Below, in pieces: positions 10,743 through 23,179 of a stretch of 51,276 bases of DNA (position 1 is the first letter of the stretch; every line of letters begins with the position of its first letter). This DNA comes from Candidatus Kuenenia stuttgartensis. Its GTDB lineage: Bacteria > Planctomycetota > Planctomycetia > Pirellulales > UBA1268. The stretch is taken from NCBI GenBank assembly GCA_945873085.1, contig CAMCCR010000003.1, positions 1 to 51,276 of the forward strand. Direction: 5' to 3'. Position numbers and translations under genes: made by a program. The notes beneath the pieces were generated by a model. It made no database searches. It had not been told where the DNA came from and saw only the letters and a list, made by a program, of their open reading frames with translations.

Positions 10743-13700
10743 ATGGCCACACGCGCCGTCCGTCGCCTCCAGCCCACCCAGATCCGCCGTTACGGAAGCA
10801 GCCGCGCAAGCCACGCGATTCCTGACCTCACTGAAATCCAGACGCGCTTTTACGATCGCTTTCTCCAGTACGACACCCCGTCGTTGAAGCGCAAGGACGA
10901 GGGCATCGAGGGTGTTCTTCGGGAAATCTTCCCGATCGAGAGCTATGACCGCACCGTCAAGCTCGAGTACGTCCGCTACGAATTGGGAAAGCCCCGCTAC
11001 GATCCCGACGAATGCCGTCAACTCCGGCTCACGTACGGCCGCCCGCTGCGTGTCTGGCTGCGTTTGACGCGTGATCAGCCGGTCGAGGAAGAGGTCTATC
11101 TCGGCGACATCCCCATCATGCTCGGTGGCGGAGAGTTCATCATCAACGGTGCTGAGCGCGTCGTCGTCAGCCAGCTCCACCGTTCTCCTGGTATCGATTT
11201 CGTCGCCGACACCGAATCAACCGACCGCAAGACGCACAACTGCCGCATCATTCCGGAACGCGGCAGTTGGATCGAGCTCAATGTTTCCAAGAAAGACACG
11301 CTCCAGGTGCGGATCGACCAGAGCGGGAAGTTCTCCGCGCTGACGCTCCTCCGCGCGATGGACGAGAAGTACACCCACGACGCCGAGATCCTCAAGCTCT
11401 TCTACCAGCCGGAGAAGGTGAAGGCCGACGGCGGGCGCTACGTTCCTAAGATCGAGGGGCGGATCGCGGTCGACGACATCGTCTACCCGTCGAAGCACAA
11501 GGATGGGTCGCCGAACGAGCGAGCCGGTGAGATCATCATTGAGGCCGGCTGCAAGATCTCCCACGATCAGGCCGAACTGATCTGCACGTCAGGCCTGCCC
11601 GCGGTGGAGGTGATGGAGGAGCAAAAGGTGCCCCTCATCATGAACAGCCTCCGCGAGGACGCCGACGAGTCGAAGCGTCGCACCGGTGTCTCCCCCAGCC
11701 ATCAAGACGCCCTCGTCCGCATCTACCAGCGGCTTCGGCCGGGCAATCCTCCGGCCCTCGACAAGGCGCGGACGTTGTTCGACGAGAAGTTCAAGGACAC
11801 CAACCGCTATCGCTTGGGCCGCGTCGGCCGCTTCCGCATCAACCGCAAACTCGGATTGTCGGTCCCCGAGACCGAAATGACGCTCCGCCCCGACGACCTG
11901 ATCGCCGCGATCAAGTACATGCTCCTCCTCTCCGAGGGTGAGAACGAAGTCGAAGTGGACGACATCGACCACCTCGGTAATCGTCGCCTGCGGACGATCG
12001 ACGAACTCGCCAGCGATGAACTCCGCAAGGGGTTCCTCAAGCTCCGTCGCACCGTTCAGGAGCGGATGAGCCTCAAGGACGTCACGGAAATGACGCCCCG
12101 CTCGCTCATCAACCCCAAGAGCATCTCGGCCGCCATTGAGTACTTCTTCGGCCGTGGCGAGCTTTCGCAGGTCGTCGATCAGACCAACCCGCTCTCGATG
12201 CTCACCCACGAGCGCCGCCTCTCGGCACTCGGTCCCGGAGGTTTGAACCGTAAGCGTGCGGGATTCGAGGTGCGCGACGTGCACATCTCCCACTACGGCC
12301 GTATCTGCCCGATCGAGACGCCGGAAGGTACGAACATCGGCTTGATCTCGAGCCTGGCGATCTATTCTGGCGTCGATTCCTACGGCTTCCTCGTCACTCC
12401 CTACCGCAAGGTTTCGAAGTGCCGCCTCACCGACGACGTCGTCTGGCTGCGGGCCGATGAGGAGCACGAAGCGACGCTGGCGCCGGCCGACGCCCCTGTG
12501 GTGGATGGCAAGATCGAAGGGGACAACATCATCGCGCGCAATCGTGGTGACTTCGTCCTCGTCCGCGCCGACGAGGTCGGCTACATCGACGTTGCCCCCA
12601 GCCAGATGGTGGGCGTGTCGGCCGGGTTGATCCCGTTCCTCGAGCACGACGACGCAAACCGCGCGCTCATGGGCTCCAACATGCAGCGGCAGGCGGTGCC
12701 ACTCTTGGTGACCGAACCGCCCATCGTGGCGACCGGAATGGAGCGCGATGTGGCGGCCAACTCCGGCCTCATTGTGCGTGCGACCCGCAAGGGGACGGTG
12801 ACCTATTGCGACGCCGAGCGGATCGAGGTCTCGCCGGGCGGCGTTGTCGCCCCCGACATCTACCGCCTGCGGAAGTACGTTGGCCTCAACGAACGCACCT
12901 GCCAAAACCAGAAGCCGATCATCAGTCTCGGCCAGAAGGTCGAGAAGGGGGAGGTGCTGGCCGACGGTGCCGCGATCTACAAGGGGGAACTGGCCCTCGG
13001 GCGCAACGTCCTCGTCGGCTTCATGGCTTGGGACGGATTCAACTTCGAGGACGCGATCATCATCAGCGAGGAGCTGGTGGAGGACGACGTCTACACCTCG
13101 ATCCATATCGAGGAATACGACATCGAGATCCGTGACACGAAGCTCGGCCGTGAGGAGTTCACTCGCGATATTCCCAACGTCGGCGAGCGGGCCCTTCACA
13201 ACCTCGACGAAGGGGGGATCGTCAAGATCGGCACCTTCGTCCGCCCCGGCGACATCCTCGTCGGCAAGGTTTCACCGAAGAGCAAGACCGAACTGACCCC
13301 CGAGGAGAAGCTTCTCCACGCGATCTTCGGCAGGGCCGGCGAGGACGTGAAGAACGACTCGCTCGAGGTCCCGTCCGGCGTCGAGGGGATCGTCATCGCC
13401 ACCGAGAAGTTCTCGCGTCGCATGAGCCTCTCCGAGGATGAGCGCCGCGAGTTCGAGAAGCAGTTGAAGGAAGTCGAAAACGAGGGGAACGCCCGCGTTG
13501 CCGAAGCCTTCAGTGCCATGGTCGAAGAGATTGGCAAAGCGATCGGCAAGCCTCTGACGGCTGCCGACGGCGGCCCGCTCGTCCGCGATCAGGAGCACAA
13601 GGTGGTAGCCGAACGGGCTGCCGCCTTCCGCATCGAGGAACTCGATCTCCGCTCGCCGAAGGCCAAGCCCGAAGTGGAGAAGATCCACAAGGCGATGTGG

Positions 13701-14516
13701 CCCGCCGTCGAAGAGGCGATTGACTCTCGCGAGCGCAGGCTCAACAGCATGAAACGGGGTGATGAACTGCGCCCTGGCGTTCTCCAGATGGTAAAGGTGT
13801 ACGTCGCCGCGAAGCGGGCCATCAGCGTCGGCGACAAGATGGCCGGTCGTCACGGCAACAAGGGGGTGATCGCCAAGATCCTCCCCAAGGAAGACATGCC
13901 ATTCCTCGCCGACGGCACTCCCGTTCAGATCCTCCTCAACCCCCTCGGCGTGCCGAGCCGCATGAATGTCGGGCAGATCCTCGAGACCCACCTCGGGTGG
14001 GCCGGGAAGGTGCTCGGATTCCAGGCAATCACGCCGGTGTTCGACGGGGCGAGCGAGGAGGAGATCAACGACGTTCTCGAAGAGGCGAATCTCCCGCGGC
14101 ATGGTAAGGCCCAACTCTTCGACGGCCGCACCGGTGAGCAACTCGAGCAGGAGACGACGGTCGGCTACATCTACATGCTCAAACTCCACCACCTTGTCGA
14201 CGACAAGGTGCACGCCCGCTCCACCGGCCCCTACTCCCTCATCACCCAGCAACCGCTGGGCGGCAAGGCGAGGTTCGGAGGTCAGCGGTTCGGGGAGATG
14301 GAAGTCTGGGCTCTGGAGGCCTACGGTGCCGCCTACATTCTCCAGGAACTCCTCACCGTCAAGAGCGACGACGTCGAGGGGCGCACGAAGATCTACGAGA
14401 GCATGGTGAAGGGGGAGAACACCCTCGAAGCCGGCACCCCGGCGAGCTTCGACGTGCTCACCAACGAGATTCGTGGTCTGGCCCTCAACATGTCGCTCGA
14501 GAAGCGTCGACTCTGA
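10743..14516 (+). CDS. rpoB: DNA-directed RNA polymerase subunit beta
   Basis: [66 protein letters not shown]. Start set at the ATG after GGAG. Confidence 0.99.
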   Translation: MATRAVRRLQPTQIRRYGSSRASHAIPDLTEIQTRFYDRFLQYDTPSLKRKDEGIEGVLREIFPIESYDRTVKLEYVRYELGKPRYDPDECRQLRLTYGRPLRVWLRLTRDQPVEEEVYLGDIPIMLGGGEFIINGAERVVVSQLHRSPGIDFVADTESTDRKTHNCRIIPERGSWIELNVSKKDTLQVRIDQSGKFSALTLLRAMDEKYTHDAEILKLFYQPEKVKADGGRYVPKIEGRIAVDDIVYPSKHKDGSPNERAGEIIIEAGCKISHDQAELICTSGLPAVEVMEEQKVPLIMNSLREDADESKRRTGVSPSHQDALVRIYQRLRPGNPPALDKARTLFDEKFKDTNRYRLGRVGRFRINRKLGLSVPETEMTLRPDDLIAAIKYMLLLSEGENEVEVDDIDHLGNRRLRTIDELASDELRKGFLKLRRTVQERMSLKDVTEMTPRSLINPKSISAAIEYFFGRGELSQVVDQTNPLSMLTHERRLSALGPGGLNRKRAGFEVRDVHISHYGRICPIETPEGTNIGLISSLAIYSGVDSYGFLVTPYRKVSKCRLTDDVVWLRADEEHEATLAPADAPVVDGKIEGDNIIARNRGDFVLVRADEVGYIDVAPSQMVGVSAGLIPFLEHDDANRALMGSNMQRQAVPLLVTEPPIVATGMERDVAANSGLIVRATRKGTVTYCDAERIEVSPGGVVAPDIYRLRKYVGLNERTCQNQKPIISLGQKVEKGEVLADGAAIYKGELALGRNVLVGFMAWDGFNFEDAIIISEELVEDDVYTSIHIEEYDIEIRDTKLGREEFTRDIPNVGERALHNLDEGGIVKIGTFVRPGDILVGKVSPKSKTELTPEEKLLHAIFGRAGEDVKNDSLEVPSGVEGIVIATEKFSRRMSLSEDERREFEKQLKEVENEGNARVAEAFSAMVEEIGKAIGKPLTAADGGPLVRDQEHKVVAERAAAFRIEELDLRSPKAKPEVEKIHKAMWPAVEEAIDSRERRLNSMKRGDELRPGVLQMVKVYVAAKRAISVGDKMAGRHGNKGVIAKILPKEDMPFLADGTPVQILLNPLGVPSRMNVGQILETHLGWAGKVLGFQAITPVFDGASEEEINDVLEEANLPRHGKAQLFDGRTGEQLEQETTVGYIYMLKLHHLVDDKVHARSTGPYSLITQQPLGGKARFGGQRFGEMEVWALEAYGAAYILQELLTVKSDDVEGRTKIYESMVKGENTLEAGTPASFDVLTNEIRGLALNMSLEKRRL

Positions 14517-14658
14517 CCCTCGCTTCCAATCTGCCGATCCCGGTGGGTGATGCGACTGCGTCACCCACCGGCTTCCGTTCTTTCCCCACCGCATCCGATC
14601 CCGGCGACCGCAACGCCAGCCCCAACAGCCCATCAGGGTTCTTCCAAGGAGACGTCTC

Positions 14659-17600
14659 GTGAGCATCGGTGAATCCACCTACGATCGCGTCAACGACTAT
14701 TCCGCCGTGAAGATCAGCCTGGCGCGGCCCCATGACATCAAGAGTTGGTCGTTCGGCGAGGTGAAGAAGCCCGAGACGATCAACTACCGCACTTACCGTC
14801 CCGAGAAGGACGGACTGATGTGCGAGAAGATCTTCGGCCCGGAAAAAGACTGGGAGTGCTCCTGCGGCAAGTATCGCGGGATGAAGTACAAGGGGATGAT
14901 CTGCGACCGTTGCGGCGTGAAGGTCACCCACAGTCGTGTCCGTCGCAAGCGCATGGGCCACATCGAACTGGCCGCGCCGGTCGTTCACATCTGGTTCTTC
15001 AAGGCGATGCCGAGTCGGCTCGGGGCCCTGCTCGACATGAAGACGTCGAGCCTGGAGAAGGTGATCTACTTCCAGGATTACGTCGTCCTCGATCCCAAGG
15101 ACACCCCGCTGAAGCGTCAGCAACTCCTCACCGAGGAGGAATATCGCGAGGCGCGTGCCAACTACGGTGAAACCGGTTTTGACGCCGAGATGGGTGCCGA
15201 GGCGGTCCGCAAACTCCTCCTCGGGCTTGAACTTGTCAGCCTCTCCAAGGAACTCCGCGAGGAACTCCACACGACCGGCTCGAAGCAGAAGAAGAAGGAT
15301 CTCGTCAACCGACTCAAGATCGTCGAAGCCATCCGCGACAGCGAGAACAAGCCCGAGTGGATGGTCCTTGACGTCATCCCGGTGATCCCCCCTGATCTCC
15401 GTCCGCTCGTGATGCTCGATTCCGGCAACTTCGCCACGAGCGATCTCAACGACCTCTACCGCCGGATCATCAACCGGAACAATCGTCTCAAGAAGCTCGT
15501 TGACCTCAACGCTCCCGAGGTCATCATCCGCAATGAGAAGCGGATGCTGCAGCAGTCCGTTGACGCTCTGTTCGACAACAACCGCTGCAAGCGGCCGGTG
15601 CTCGCCTCGAGCAACCGCCCGCTCAAGAGCCTCACCGACATGATCAAGGGGAAGCAGGGCCGCTTCCGCGAGAACCTCCTCGGCAAACGTGTCGATTACT
15701 CGGCTCGAAGCGTGATCGTCGTCGGCCCGACCCTCCGGCTCCACCAGTGCGGACTGCCGAAGAAGATCGCGCTTGAGCTCTATCAGCCGTTCATCATCCG
15801 GCGGCTTAAGGAACTCGGCCACGCCGACACGATCAAGAGCGCCAAGAAGATGCTCGAGCGGAAGGACGCCGAGGTGTGGGACATCCTCGAAGAGGTGATC
15901 CGCAACCACCCGGTACTGCTCAACCGTGCCCCGACGCTCCACCGCATGGGCATCCAGGCGTTCGAGCCGATCCTCGTCGAGGGGAACGCGATCAAGCTCC
16001 ATCCGCTGGTTTGCAAGGGCTTCAATGCCGACTTCGACGGCGATCAGATGGCCGTCCACCTGCCGCTCTCGATCGAGGCCCAGGTCGAAGCCCACACGCT
16101 GATGCTGTCAACGAACAACATCTTCAGCCCCGCCAACGGCGCCCCGATCATCAGCCCTTCGCAGGACGTGGTGATGGGTTGCTACTACCTCACCATGCAA
16201 CTCCCTGGCCGCAAGGGGGAGGGAATGGTGTTTAAGGATGTCGAAGAGGTGGAAATGGCCCACTCGCTCGGCAAGGTGGAAACGCATGCCAAGATCCGGG
16301 TCAAACTCCCGTCGAAGCGTCGCCTCAAGATGGAGGACATGTCGCAATCGAAGCCCGGCGTCATCATCGAGACGACCGCTGGCCGCGTCCTCTTCAACTC
16401 CGTTCTTCCCGAAGGGATGCTCTTCTACAACATCCCGATGCGGTCGAGCGAGTTGGCCCGCGTGATTTCCGACTGCTATCAGGCTCTCGGACGACGTCGC
16501 ACGATCGACCTGCTCGACGACATGAACCGCACCGGCTTCAAGTGGAGCACGAAGAGCGGCCTGTCGTTCGCCACCGACGATCTCATCACCCCGACAGACA
16601 AGTCGAAGATCATCGGCGACGCCGAGAAGGAGGTCTTCAAGATCCTCAAGCGTTACCAGAAGGGCGTGATCACCGACGGCGAGCGGTACAACTCGGTGCT
16701 CGATGCGTGGACGCACGCCCGTGAGGAGATCACCAAGGGAATGATGGCCGCCCTCGAAAAGGACACGGCCAGCGAATCCCGGCATGACGGCTACGTCAAC
16801 CCGATTTACCTCATGGCCCACTCCGGTGCCCGTGGTGGTGTTGAGCAGATCCGTCAGCTCGCGGGGATGCGTGGCCTGATGGCCAAGCCGTCGGGAAAGA
16901 TCATCGAAACGCCAATCAAGGCGAACTTCCGCGAAGGACTGACCGTCCTCGAGTACTTCAGCTCGACGCACGGTGCCCGCAAGGGACTGGCCGACACCGC
17001 TCTCAAGACGGCCGACTCGGGCTACCTCACCCGCAAGCTAGCCGACGTCGCCCAGAATGTTGTCGTCACGATGCACGACTGCGGCACGCCGCAGGGGGTG
17101 CAGAAGGGGGTCATCTACCGCGGAGAGAAGGTCGAGGTTCGGCTCGCCGACAGCCTCCGTGGGCGCGTCAGCCGGGCAGAGATCTCCAACCCCATCAGCG
17201 GTGAAGTGATCGCCCACGAGGATGATCTGATCACGCCCAAAATCGCTCAGCAGATCGAGGAACTCGGGCTTGAGAAGGTGCAGGTCCGCAGCCCACTGAC
17301 CTGCGAGGCGCCGCTCGGCGTCTGCCGCCTCTGCTACGGCATGGATCTCTCGACCGGTTCGCTCGTCGAGGAGGGGATGGCCGTCGGCATCATCGCCGCC
17401 CAGAGCATCGGCGAGCCGGGCACGCAGTTGACGATGCGCACGTTCCACATCGGTGGCGTCGGTCAGCGTGCCCTCGAAGAGAACCAGAGCAAGACGAAGC
17501 GTGCCGGAACGGTGCGGTTTGCCCGGCTTCGGAGCGTGCCAGACGAGAACGGCCAACAGGTCGTGCTCGCCCGCAACGGTGAGATCACCATCAGCGACGC

Positions 17601-18999
17601 CAAGGGGAACGATCTCGAGAAGATCGACGTTCCGGCCGGTGCCATCCTCAAGGTCAAGGAAGGGGATGAGGTCAAGCCGGGCACCGTGCTCGTGCAGTGG
17701 GATCCGCACTCGATCCCGATTCTCTCGGAAGTTTCCGGAAAGGTTCGCTACGAGGACGTTATCGAGAACGAGACGGTTCGCATCGAGAAGGATCCCAGCG
17801 GCCACGTTCGCCGGATGATCATGGAGCACAAGGGTGTCTATCAGCCACAGATCGCGCTGCTTGATGATGACGGCAAGACGCTCGGCTTCTACTACCTCCC
17901 CGAGAAGGCCTACATCGAGGTCAACGAGGGCGAGATCGTCAAGGCGGGTCACATTCTCGCCAAGACTCCCCGCGAGGCTTCGGGGACCCAGGACATCACC
18001 GGTGGTTTGCCCCGCGTGACCGAGATCTTCGAGGCCCGCAAGCCGAAGGATCCCGCGATCATGGCCGAGATCAGCGGTCGCGTTGAGGTGAAGGGTGAGA
18101 AGCGGCGCGGCAAGCGGACCATCGTCGTCCGTAACGAATCGGGACGCGAGGAGGAGCATCTCGTCAGCCAAGGCAAGCACATGCGAGTGCACACCGGTGA
18201 CGAGGTCAAGGAGGGAGAGGCGCTCGTTGACGGGCCGCTGGTCCCCCATGACATCCTCCGCATCTCGGGCGAGGATGCCGTGCAGCAGTATCTCGTTCGC
18301 GAGATCCAAAACGTCTATCGCAGCCAGCGTGTCGATATCGATGATAAGCACATCGAGATCATCGTGTCGCAGATGCTGCGGAAGGTGAAGATCGAGTCCG
18401 TCGGTGACACGACCCTGCTCCCGGGGAGCGTCATGGACAGGTTCGAGTTCCAGCAGGCCAACAAGCAGATCGCTGAAAGCCTGCGGATCACCGACAAGGG
18501 AGACAGCGAGTTCGCGGTCGGTTCGGTCGTGCCGAAGGAAATCCTCGCCCAGGCCAATGCCCAGATCGAGACCCTCGGCGGCACGGCAGCCAAGGGCACC
18601 AAGCCGAAGCCGGCCACGGCGAGCACCCAACTGCTCGGGATCACCAAGGCGAGCGTTCAGAGTTCGAGTTTCATCTCGGCGGCCAGCTTCCAGGAAACGA
18701 CCAAGGTCCTCACCGAAGCCGCCTTGGCCGGCAAGGTCGACAACCTTGTCGGGCTCAAGGAGAACGTCATCCTCGGCCACCTCATCCCGGCCGGAACCGG
18801 CTTCAACACGTTCCAGAATTCGGAGGTCCGGGTTCGTCCCGAGGCCCTCAATTCGATGCGGCACGACCCAATCGGGAAAACGCTCGCCCAGCAGTTCCCC
18901 CTCCTCGAGGATTCGGCTCCGGGGAACGAGTCTCGGCTCGGCGGTGACTCCGACGTCGCCACCCTCCCAGAGACCGACCAGGCACGCGAACAACTCTGA
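14659..18999 (+). CDS. rpoC: DNA-directed RNA polymerase subunit beta'
   Basis: N-terminal Zn ribbon, catalytic [29 protein letters not shown]. Confidence 0.99.
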   Translation: MSIGESTYDRVNDYSAVKISLARPHDIKSWSFGEVKKPETINYRTYRPEKDGLMCEKIFGPEKDWECSCGKYRGMKYKGMICDRCGVKVTHSRVRRKRMGHIELAAPVVHIWFFKAMPSRLGALLDMKTSSLEKVIYFQDYVVLDPKDTPLKRQQLLTEEEYREARANYGETGFDAEMGAEAVRKLLLGLELVSLSKELREELHTTGSKQKKKDLVNRLKIVEAIRDSENKPEWMVLDVIPVIPPDLRPLVMLDSGNFATSDLNDLYRRIINRNNRLKKLVDLNAPEVIIRNEKRMLQQSVDALFDNNRCKRPVLASSNRPLKSLTDMIKGKQGRFRENLLGKRVDYSARSVIVVGPTLRLHQCGLPKKIALELYQPFIIRRLKELGHADTIKSAKKMLERKDAEVWDILEEVIRNHPVLLNRAPTLHRMGIQAFEPILVEGNAIKLHPLVCKGFNADFDGDQMAVHLPLSIEAQVEAHTLMLSTNNIFSPANGAPIISPSQDVVMGCYYLTMQLPGRKGEGMVFKDVEEVEMAHSLGKVETHAKIRVKLPSKRRLKMEDMSQSKPGVIIETTAGRVLFNSVLPEGMLFYNIPMRSSELARVISDCYQALGRRRTIDLLDDMNRTGFKWSTKSGLSFATDDLITPTDKSKIIGDAEKEVFKILKRYQKGVITDGERYNSVLDAWTHAREEITKGMMAALEKDTASESRHDGYVNPIYLMAHSGARGGVEQIRQLAGMRGLMAKPSGKIIETPIKANFREGLTVLEYFSSTHGARKGLADTALKTADSGYLTRKLADVAQNVVVTMHDCGTPQGVQKGVIYRGEKVEVRLADSLRGRVSRAEISNPISGEVIAHEDDLITPKIAQQIEELGLEKVQVRSPLTCEAPLGVCRLCYGMDLSTGSLVEEGMAVGIIAAQSIGEPGTQLTMRTFHIGGVGQRALEENQSKTKRAGTVRFARLRSVPDENGQQVVLARNGEITISDAKGNDLEKIDVPAGAILKVKEGDEVKPGTVLVQWDPHSIPILSEVSGKVRYEDVIENETVRIEKDPSGHVRRMIMEHKGVYQPQIALLDDDGKTLGFYYLPEKAYIEVNEGEIVKAGHILAKTPREASGTQDITGGLPRVTEIFEARKPKDPAIMAEISGRVEVKGEKRRGKRTIVVRNESGREEEHLVSQGKHMRVHTGDEVKEGEALVDGPLVPHDILRISGEDAVQQYLVREIQNVYRSQRVDIDDKHIEIIVSQMLRKVKIESVGDTTLLPGSVMDRFEFQQANKQIAESLRITDKGDSEFAVGSVVPKEILAQANAQIETLGGTAAKGTKPKPATASTQLLGITKASVQSSSFISAASFQETTKVLTEAALAGKVDNLVGLKENVILGHLIPAGTGFNTFQNSEVRVRPEALNSMRHDPIGKTLAQQFPLLEDSAPGNESRLGGDSDVATLPETDQAREQL

Positions 19000-19205
19000 T
19001 CCACGGGCTTGGGCCCGGTCGGACGGATACCGGCCGATCGGGCCACAACACCACCAGTCGATGATGGCCTGAAACGGGCCGGCCGGGAATTGTCCGGCCG
19101 GTGGTGACGGTCGGTCCGTCGGTGCCGTGGAGAAGTGACGGTGTGCGGCTGGATGCACCGCAGCGCCGAAGGACCATGGAACGGCCTTCTCTCAGGAGCC
19201 ACTCC

Positions 19206-20150
19206 ATGCGTCCCTCCAAAGCCCCCCGCCACAGCCGGCTCGGCGATCCATCAACGGGATCGAGGGCGATTCTGGTCGGCCTGATGCTCGTCGTGGCTGG
19301 AAATGGCGACCTCCCAGTCGTGCGTGGACAGGTTGTCCCCTACAACCCCTACGCCGACAGCCAAGACCCTACGCCGCCGGTGCTCCCCGACGGAACGCTC
19401 CATTGGGGAAGCTTCTTCAAGTCGGCGGCGATTCAAAAAGCCTACGAGCGACTCTGGAACCTCGGTGCCTGCCGCAACACGAATAAGGCGATCACGATCC
19501 CCGTCGAGAACAACAAACTGTCGATCGACAGCCTCCCGGAGGACGAGTTCCGTGGGGTGGTGCAGGCGGTCACCGGCACCAACGCCGGCGGCGCCGTGGC
19601 TTTTCTCCAAACACCCAAGGACGGATCCGCAGGATTGGAGAGGGTCGCCCTCCTTCATCCGGCAGGGGTTTCACGCGTCGATGTCGCGGGGACTGCCGGA
19701 GTTTCTCTGCTCGCCCCCGGCATGGTCGTTCGCTTCCAGGCAAACGTCGACGCGAAGGGGAGAGGCACGGCCCCGATCCGTGTCCTTCATGTGGCCACTC
19801 CCTCGGCAGAAGCCAAACCGACCGCTGTCACGCCCGGGCTCGACGAGATGGTGATCGGGAAAGTCGTCCAAATGAAGCGGGGAATCCTCTCCGTCCGAGT
19901 CGATGCGGGGAAGATCCGCCGCCTGTCGCTGCCCCTGGCCGAGGACGCCGTCGTCGAGGTGGCAACGTCCCAGATCGGTCTGATCAGGCCCGGCGACGCC
20001 ATCGAAATCAAGGGAAGGCTTTGGACGGGTGAAGGGGCGCTCGGCGACGGCACCGTGTTTGCAGACCAACTCACCGTCACAAAGAAGGCCTCCGCGGCAG
20101 GCGGTGCCTCAGGGGAACATGCCGACGCCGCCGACCTCGGCGCACGCTGA
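19206..20150 (+). CDS. Hypothetical exported protein, beta-rich, possibly with tandem OB-like (DUF5666-like) repeats
   Basis: SD AGGAG before ATG 19206; hydrophobic AILVGLMLVVAG; two related segments LLAPGMVVRFQA and LIRPGDAIEIKG. Confidence 0.65.
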   Translation: MRPSKAPRHSRLGDPSTGSRAILVGLMLVVAGNGDLPVVRGQVVPYNPYADSQDPTPPVLPDGTLHWGSFFKSAAIQKAYERLWNLGACRNTNKAITIPVENNKLSIDSLPEDEFRGVVQAVTGTNAGGAVAFLQTPKDGSAGLERVALLHPAGVSRVDVAGTAGVSLLAPGMVVRFQANVDAKGRGTAPIRVLHVATPSAEAKPTAVTPGLDEMVIGKVVQMKRGILSVRVDAGKIRRLSLPLAEDAVVEVATSQIGLIRPGDAIEIKGRLWTGEGALGDGTVFADQLTVTKKASAAGGASGEHADAADLGAR

Positions 20151-20271
20151 ATGGAAGGCGGTAGGTGCGGGGGTGCTTCCCGAGGATGGACCGTTGTGAC
20201 AGACTTCGCAGGACGGGGCGTGCGGTCGCCACCCGAGGCTTCCCCCCGTCGATTCCCCGGAGTTCCGTCCC

Positions 20272-21402
20272 ATGGCGGTACGCCTTCCTGTCCCGCGTGG
20301 CATCCCCTTGCCGATCATCCTCGGACTCGGAACAGCGGCCGCCCTCGCCGGTGTCGTGCTCCTCGCCACCCGTGATGGCAGCGATCAGGGCGGTCGATTG
20401 TCCGTGAGGGGATTCGAGGCGACGCGGCCCGCCACCGCGTCTCCGCCGACCGCGCTGCCCGAGGGGATGGTCTGGATTCCGGGCGGGGAGTTCTCAATGG
20501 GGTGTGACGACCCCCGCGGCAAACCGTTCGGCGGCAAAGAGCCGATGCCGGATGCCAGGCCGGTGCATCGCGTCCATATCGACGGTTTCTGGATCGATTC
20601 CACGGAGGTGACCAACAACCAGTTCGCGGCGTTCGTGGCCGCCACCGGATACGTGACGGTAGCCGAGACCCCCCCCCGCGCCGAGGACTTTCCCGGCGCA
20701 CCTCGTGAAAACCTCGTGGCCGGCTCGATCGTTTTCTCCCCTCCCGACGGGCCCGTCTCCCTCGACAACCACTACCAATGGTGGGCCTACATCCCCGGCG
20801 CCAATTGGCGCCATCCCACCGGCCCCGACAGCTCCATCGAAGGTCACGGCACTCACCCGGTGGTGCAAATCGCCCACGACGACGCGGTGGCCTACGCGAC
20901 GTGGTCGGGCAAACGCCTGCCGACCGAGGCCGAATGGGAGTTCGCCGCCCGCGGAGGATTGACTGGCGCGATGTATCCCTGGGGAGACGAGTTCCAACCG
21001 GAAGGCAGGGAGGTGGCCAACACTTGGCAGGGTCCCTTTCCGACCCCCAACACTGCCGAGGATGGCTTCGTGTTCGCGGCTCCCGTCGCGACGTTCCCTG
21101 CCAACGGCTACGGCCTCTACGACATGTCGGGCAACGTCTGGGAGTGGTGTGCCGACTGGTACCGCCCCGACACCTACGCCCGCGATGCCCGTAGGCCGGG
21201 CCAGCCCGTGAGAAACCCACAGGGACCGGACACGAGCCACGATCCGCAGGAACCGGGACAGGCAAAACGGGTGCTCCGCGGCGGCTCGTTCCTCTGCACC
21301 GAACAGTACTGCTCCCGGTACATCGTCGGCACCCGGGGCAAGGGAGAGATGTCGAGCGGCGCCAACCACATCGGCTTCCGTTGCGTCCGGTCGCCGAACT
21401 GA
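20272..21402 (+). CDS. Formylglycine-generating enzyme (SUMF1/FGE, sulfatase-modifying)
   Basis: TEVTN, RLPTEAEWEFAARGG, GLYDMSGNVWEW, catalytic RGGSFLCTEQYCSRY (CxxxxC), HIGFRC; N-terminal hydrophobic segment. Confidence 0.92.
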   Translation: MAVRLPVPRGIPLPIILGLGTAAALAGVVLLATRDGSDQGGRLSVRGFEATRPATASPPTALPEGMVWIPGGEFSMGCDDPRGKPFGGKEPMPDARPVHRVHIDGFWIDSTEVTNNQFAAFVAATGYVTVAETPPRAEDFPGAPRENLVAGSIVFSPPDGPVSLDNHYQWWAYIPGANWRHPTGPDSSIEGHGTHPVVQIAHDDAVAYATWSGKRLPTEAEWEFAARGGLTGAMYPWGDEFQPEGREVANTWQGPFPTPNTAEDGFVFAAPVATFPANGYGLYDMSGNVWEWCADWYRPDTYARDARRPGQPVRNPQGPDTSHDPQEPGQAKRVLRGGSFLCTEQYCSRYIVGTRGKGEMSSGANHIGFRCVRSPN

Positions 21403-23160
21403 TCAGGTCGAGCGCGGCCCCAGCAGGTTGCGGAAATCGTTCCAGCCGAGGGCGTTGACGACGTCAACGCTGGTCAATCCGGCGCGGCGCGCCTGGAGCA
21501 CACCACACCGCATCACGCCGAGGCCTCGGACCGAATGGGCATCGGTTGAGATCACCATCCGCACCCCGGCCCGTCGCGCCGCAGCCGCGTGATGGTCGTC
21601 GAGATCGAGCCTGCTGGGATGGGCGTTGATTTCCAGGAAGGTTCCCGCAAGCGCAGCGGCCGCGATCACCGCCTCCATGTCGACGTCATAGGCGGGCCGA
21701 CGGTTGATGAGCCGGCCGGTGGGGTGTCCGATGACCCTCACGGCCGGGTGACGAATCGCCTCGAGGATCCGCTCCGTGATCCTCTCCCGGGGCTGGGATT
21801 GCCCGTAGTGCAGACTGGCCACGACCCAGTCCGCCCGAGCGAGGACGTGATCATGGAGATCGAGCCCGCCTCGCTCGAGCATGTCGACCTCGATCCCCTT
21901 GAGGACCACGATCGGTGCCGGCCCTTCGGCGGCGAGTGTCTCATTGAGCCGGTCGATGCGATCCCACTGCCGCAGGAGCCGCGTCTCGTCCAAGCCATGA
22001 GCCATCGAAACCCGCTGGCTGTGATCCGTGATCGCGATGTACTCGAGGCCACGCTCGCGGGCTCCCCGCACCATGTCGGTGAGCGTGTCCTCCCCGTCGG
22101 TGTCGGTGGTGTGCATGTGGAGATCACCACGGATATCTTGCTCCTCGACGAGGCGAGGGAGCCTCACCTCCGCGGCAAGCGCCAGTTCGTCACGGCCCTC
22201 GCGGAGTTCTGGGGGGATCCAGGCGAGCCCGAGGGCATGGTAAACCTCGGCCTCAGTCTCGGCAGTCGGCGGTTGCGCTGCAGCCGGGGGATCGACCGGT
22301 TGGAAGCCGTACTCATTGAGCGACCAGCCGTGTTCGCGGGCCCTCGAGCGGACGCGGATGTTGTGTTCCTTGGATCCGGTGAAGTAGAGCCAGGCCGCCC
22401 CGAAGGCTGCGGAGACGACAACCCGGAGATCGATCTGCATGCCACGCGGCCCGCGGATGCTCGACTTCGTCACCCCGGAGGCGATCACGTCGGTCGTGTG
22501 ATCCCAGCGGCGGAAGTGTTCCATGACCGCAACCGCATCGGTTGCCACGGCGACGAGGTCGATGTCGCCGACCGTCTCGCACCCCCGTCGCCAACTCCCG
22601 GCGGCCTCGATCCGCTCCACCGCCGGGCATCCCCGCATCCAGGCGAGGACTTCCGCCACGACCTGATCGGCATCCTCCCAGAGTTGTCGCTGTACGGCGG
22701 TGCCACGGACGAAGGCGAGGTTCTTGAGGATCGCGGCCTCCGTCTTCTCGCCGAAGCCCTTCACGCCCCGCACGCGTCCCCCGCGGCAGGCCTCCTCGAG
22801 TGAGTCGAGCGAATCGATGCCCAGCCCATCGACGAGTTGCCGGACCTTCTTCGGACCGAGGCCCGGAATCCGCAACAAATCGAACACGTCCGCCGGCACC
22901 TTCCCCGACAACTCATCGAGGAGCGGGAGCCGACCGGTGTCGAGGATCGTCCCGATCTTGGCGGCAAGATCCCGACCGATGCCCTCGAGATCGGTGAGGG
23001 ATCTCGTGTCATCGGCCCTGATCGCACCGAGCGACTCGATCTGGTCGGCGATGGTTCGGGCGGCAGCGCGGTACGCGCGGACCCTGAACGCGTTCTCCCC
23101 GTCATATTCGAGGAGATCGGCGAGACGATCGAAGAGGGCGGCGACGTCGGCGTTTGTCAC
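21403..23160 (-). CDS. polX: DNA polymerase X / PHP 3'-5' exonuclease
   Basis: ENAFRVRAY, HhH motifs IPGLGPKK and VKGFGEK, GSWRRG..GDIDL and QIDLR catalytic Asps, PHP motifs GDLHMHT, ITDHS, GHPTGR, STDAH. True start GTG 23160; the ORF-track extension is out-of-frame overlap with the upstream gene. Confidence 0.93.
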   Translation of the reverse strand: MTNADVAALFDRLADLLEYDGENAFRVRAYRAAARTIADQIESLGAIRADDTRSLTDLEGIGRDLAAKIGTILDTGRLPLLDELSGKVPADVFDLLRIPGLGPKKVRQLVDGLGIDSLDSLEEACRGGRVRGVKGFGEKTEAAILKNLAFVRGTAVQRQLWEDADQVVAEVLAWMRGCPAVERIEAAGSWRRGCETVGDIDLVAVATDAVAVMEHFRRWDHTTDVIASGVTKSSIRGPRGMQIDLRVVVSAAFGAAWLYFTGSKEHNIRVRSRAREHGWSLNEYGFQPVDPPAAAQPPTAETEAEVYHALGLAWIPPELREGRDELALAAEVRLPRLVEEQDIRGDLHMHTTDTDGEDTLTDMVRGARERGLEYIAITDHSQRVSMAHGLDETRLLRQWDRIDRLNETLAAEGPAPIVVLKGIEVDMLERGGLDLHDHVLARADWVVASLHYGQSQPRERITERILEAIRHPAVRVIGHPTGRLINRRPAYDVDMEAVIAAAALAGTFLEINAHPSRLDLDDHHAAAARRAGVRMVISTDAHSVRGLGVMRCGVLQARRAGLTSVDVVNALGWNDFRNLLGPRST

Positions 23161-23179
23161 GGACGATCCCGGGGGCGGC

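Noticed and set aside
11589-19158. Long antisense ORFs (536, 468, 536 and 706 aa) opposite rpoB/rpoC
   Set aside because: Shadow frames caused by GC-rich codon bias of highly conserved genes; no motifs.
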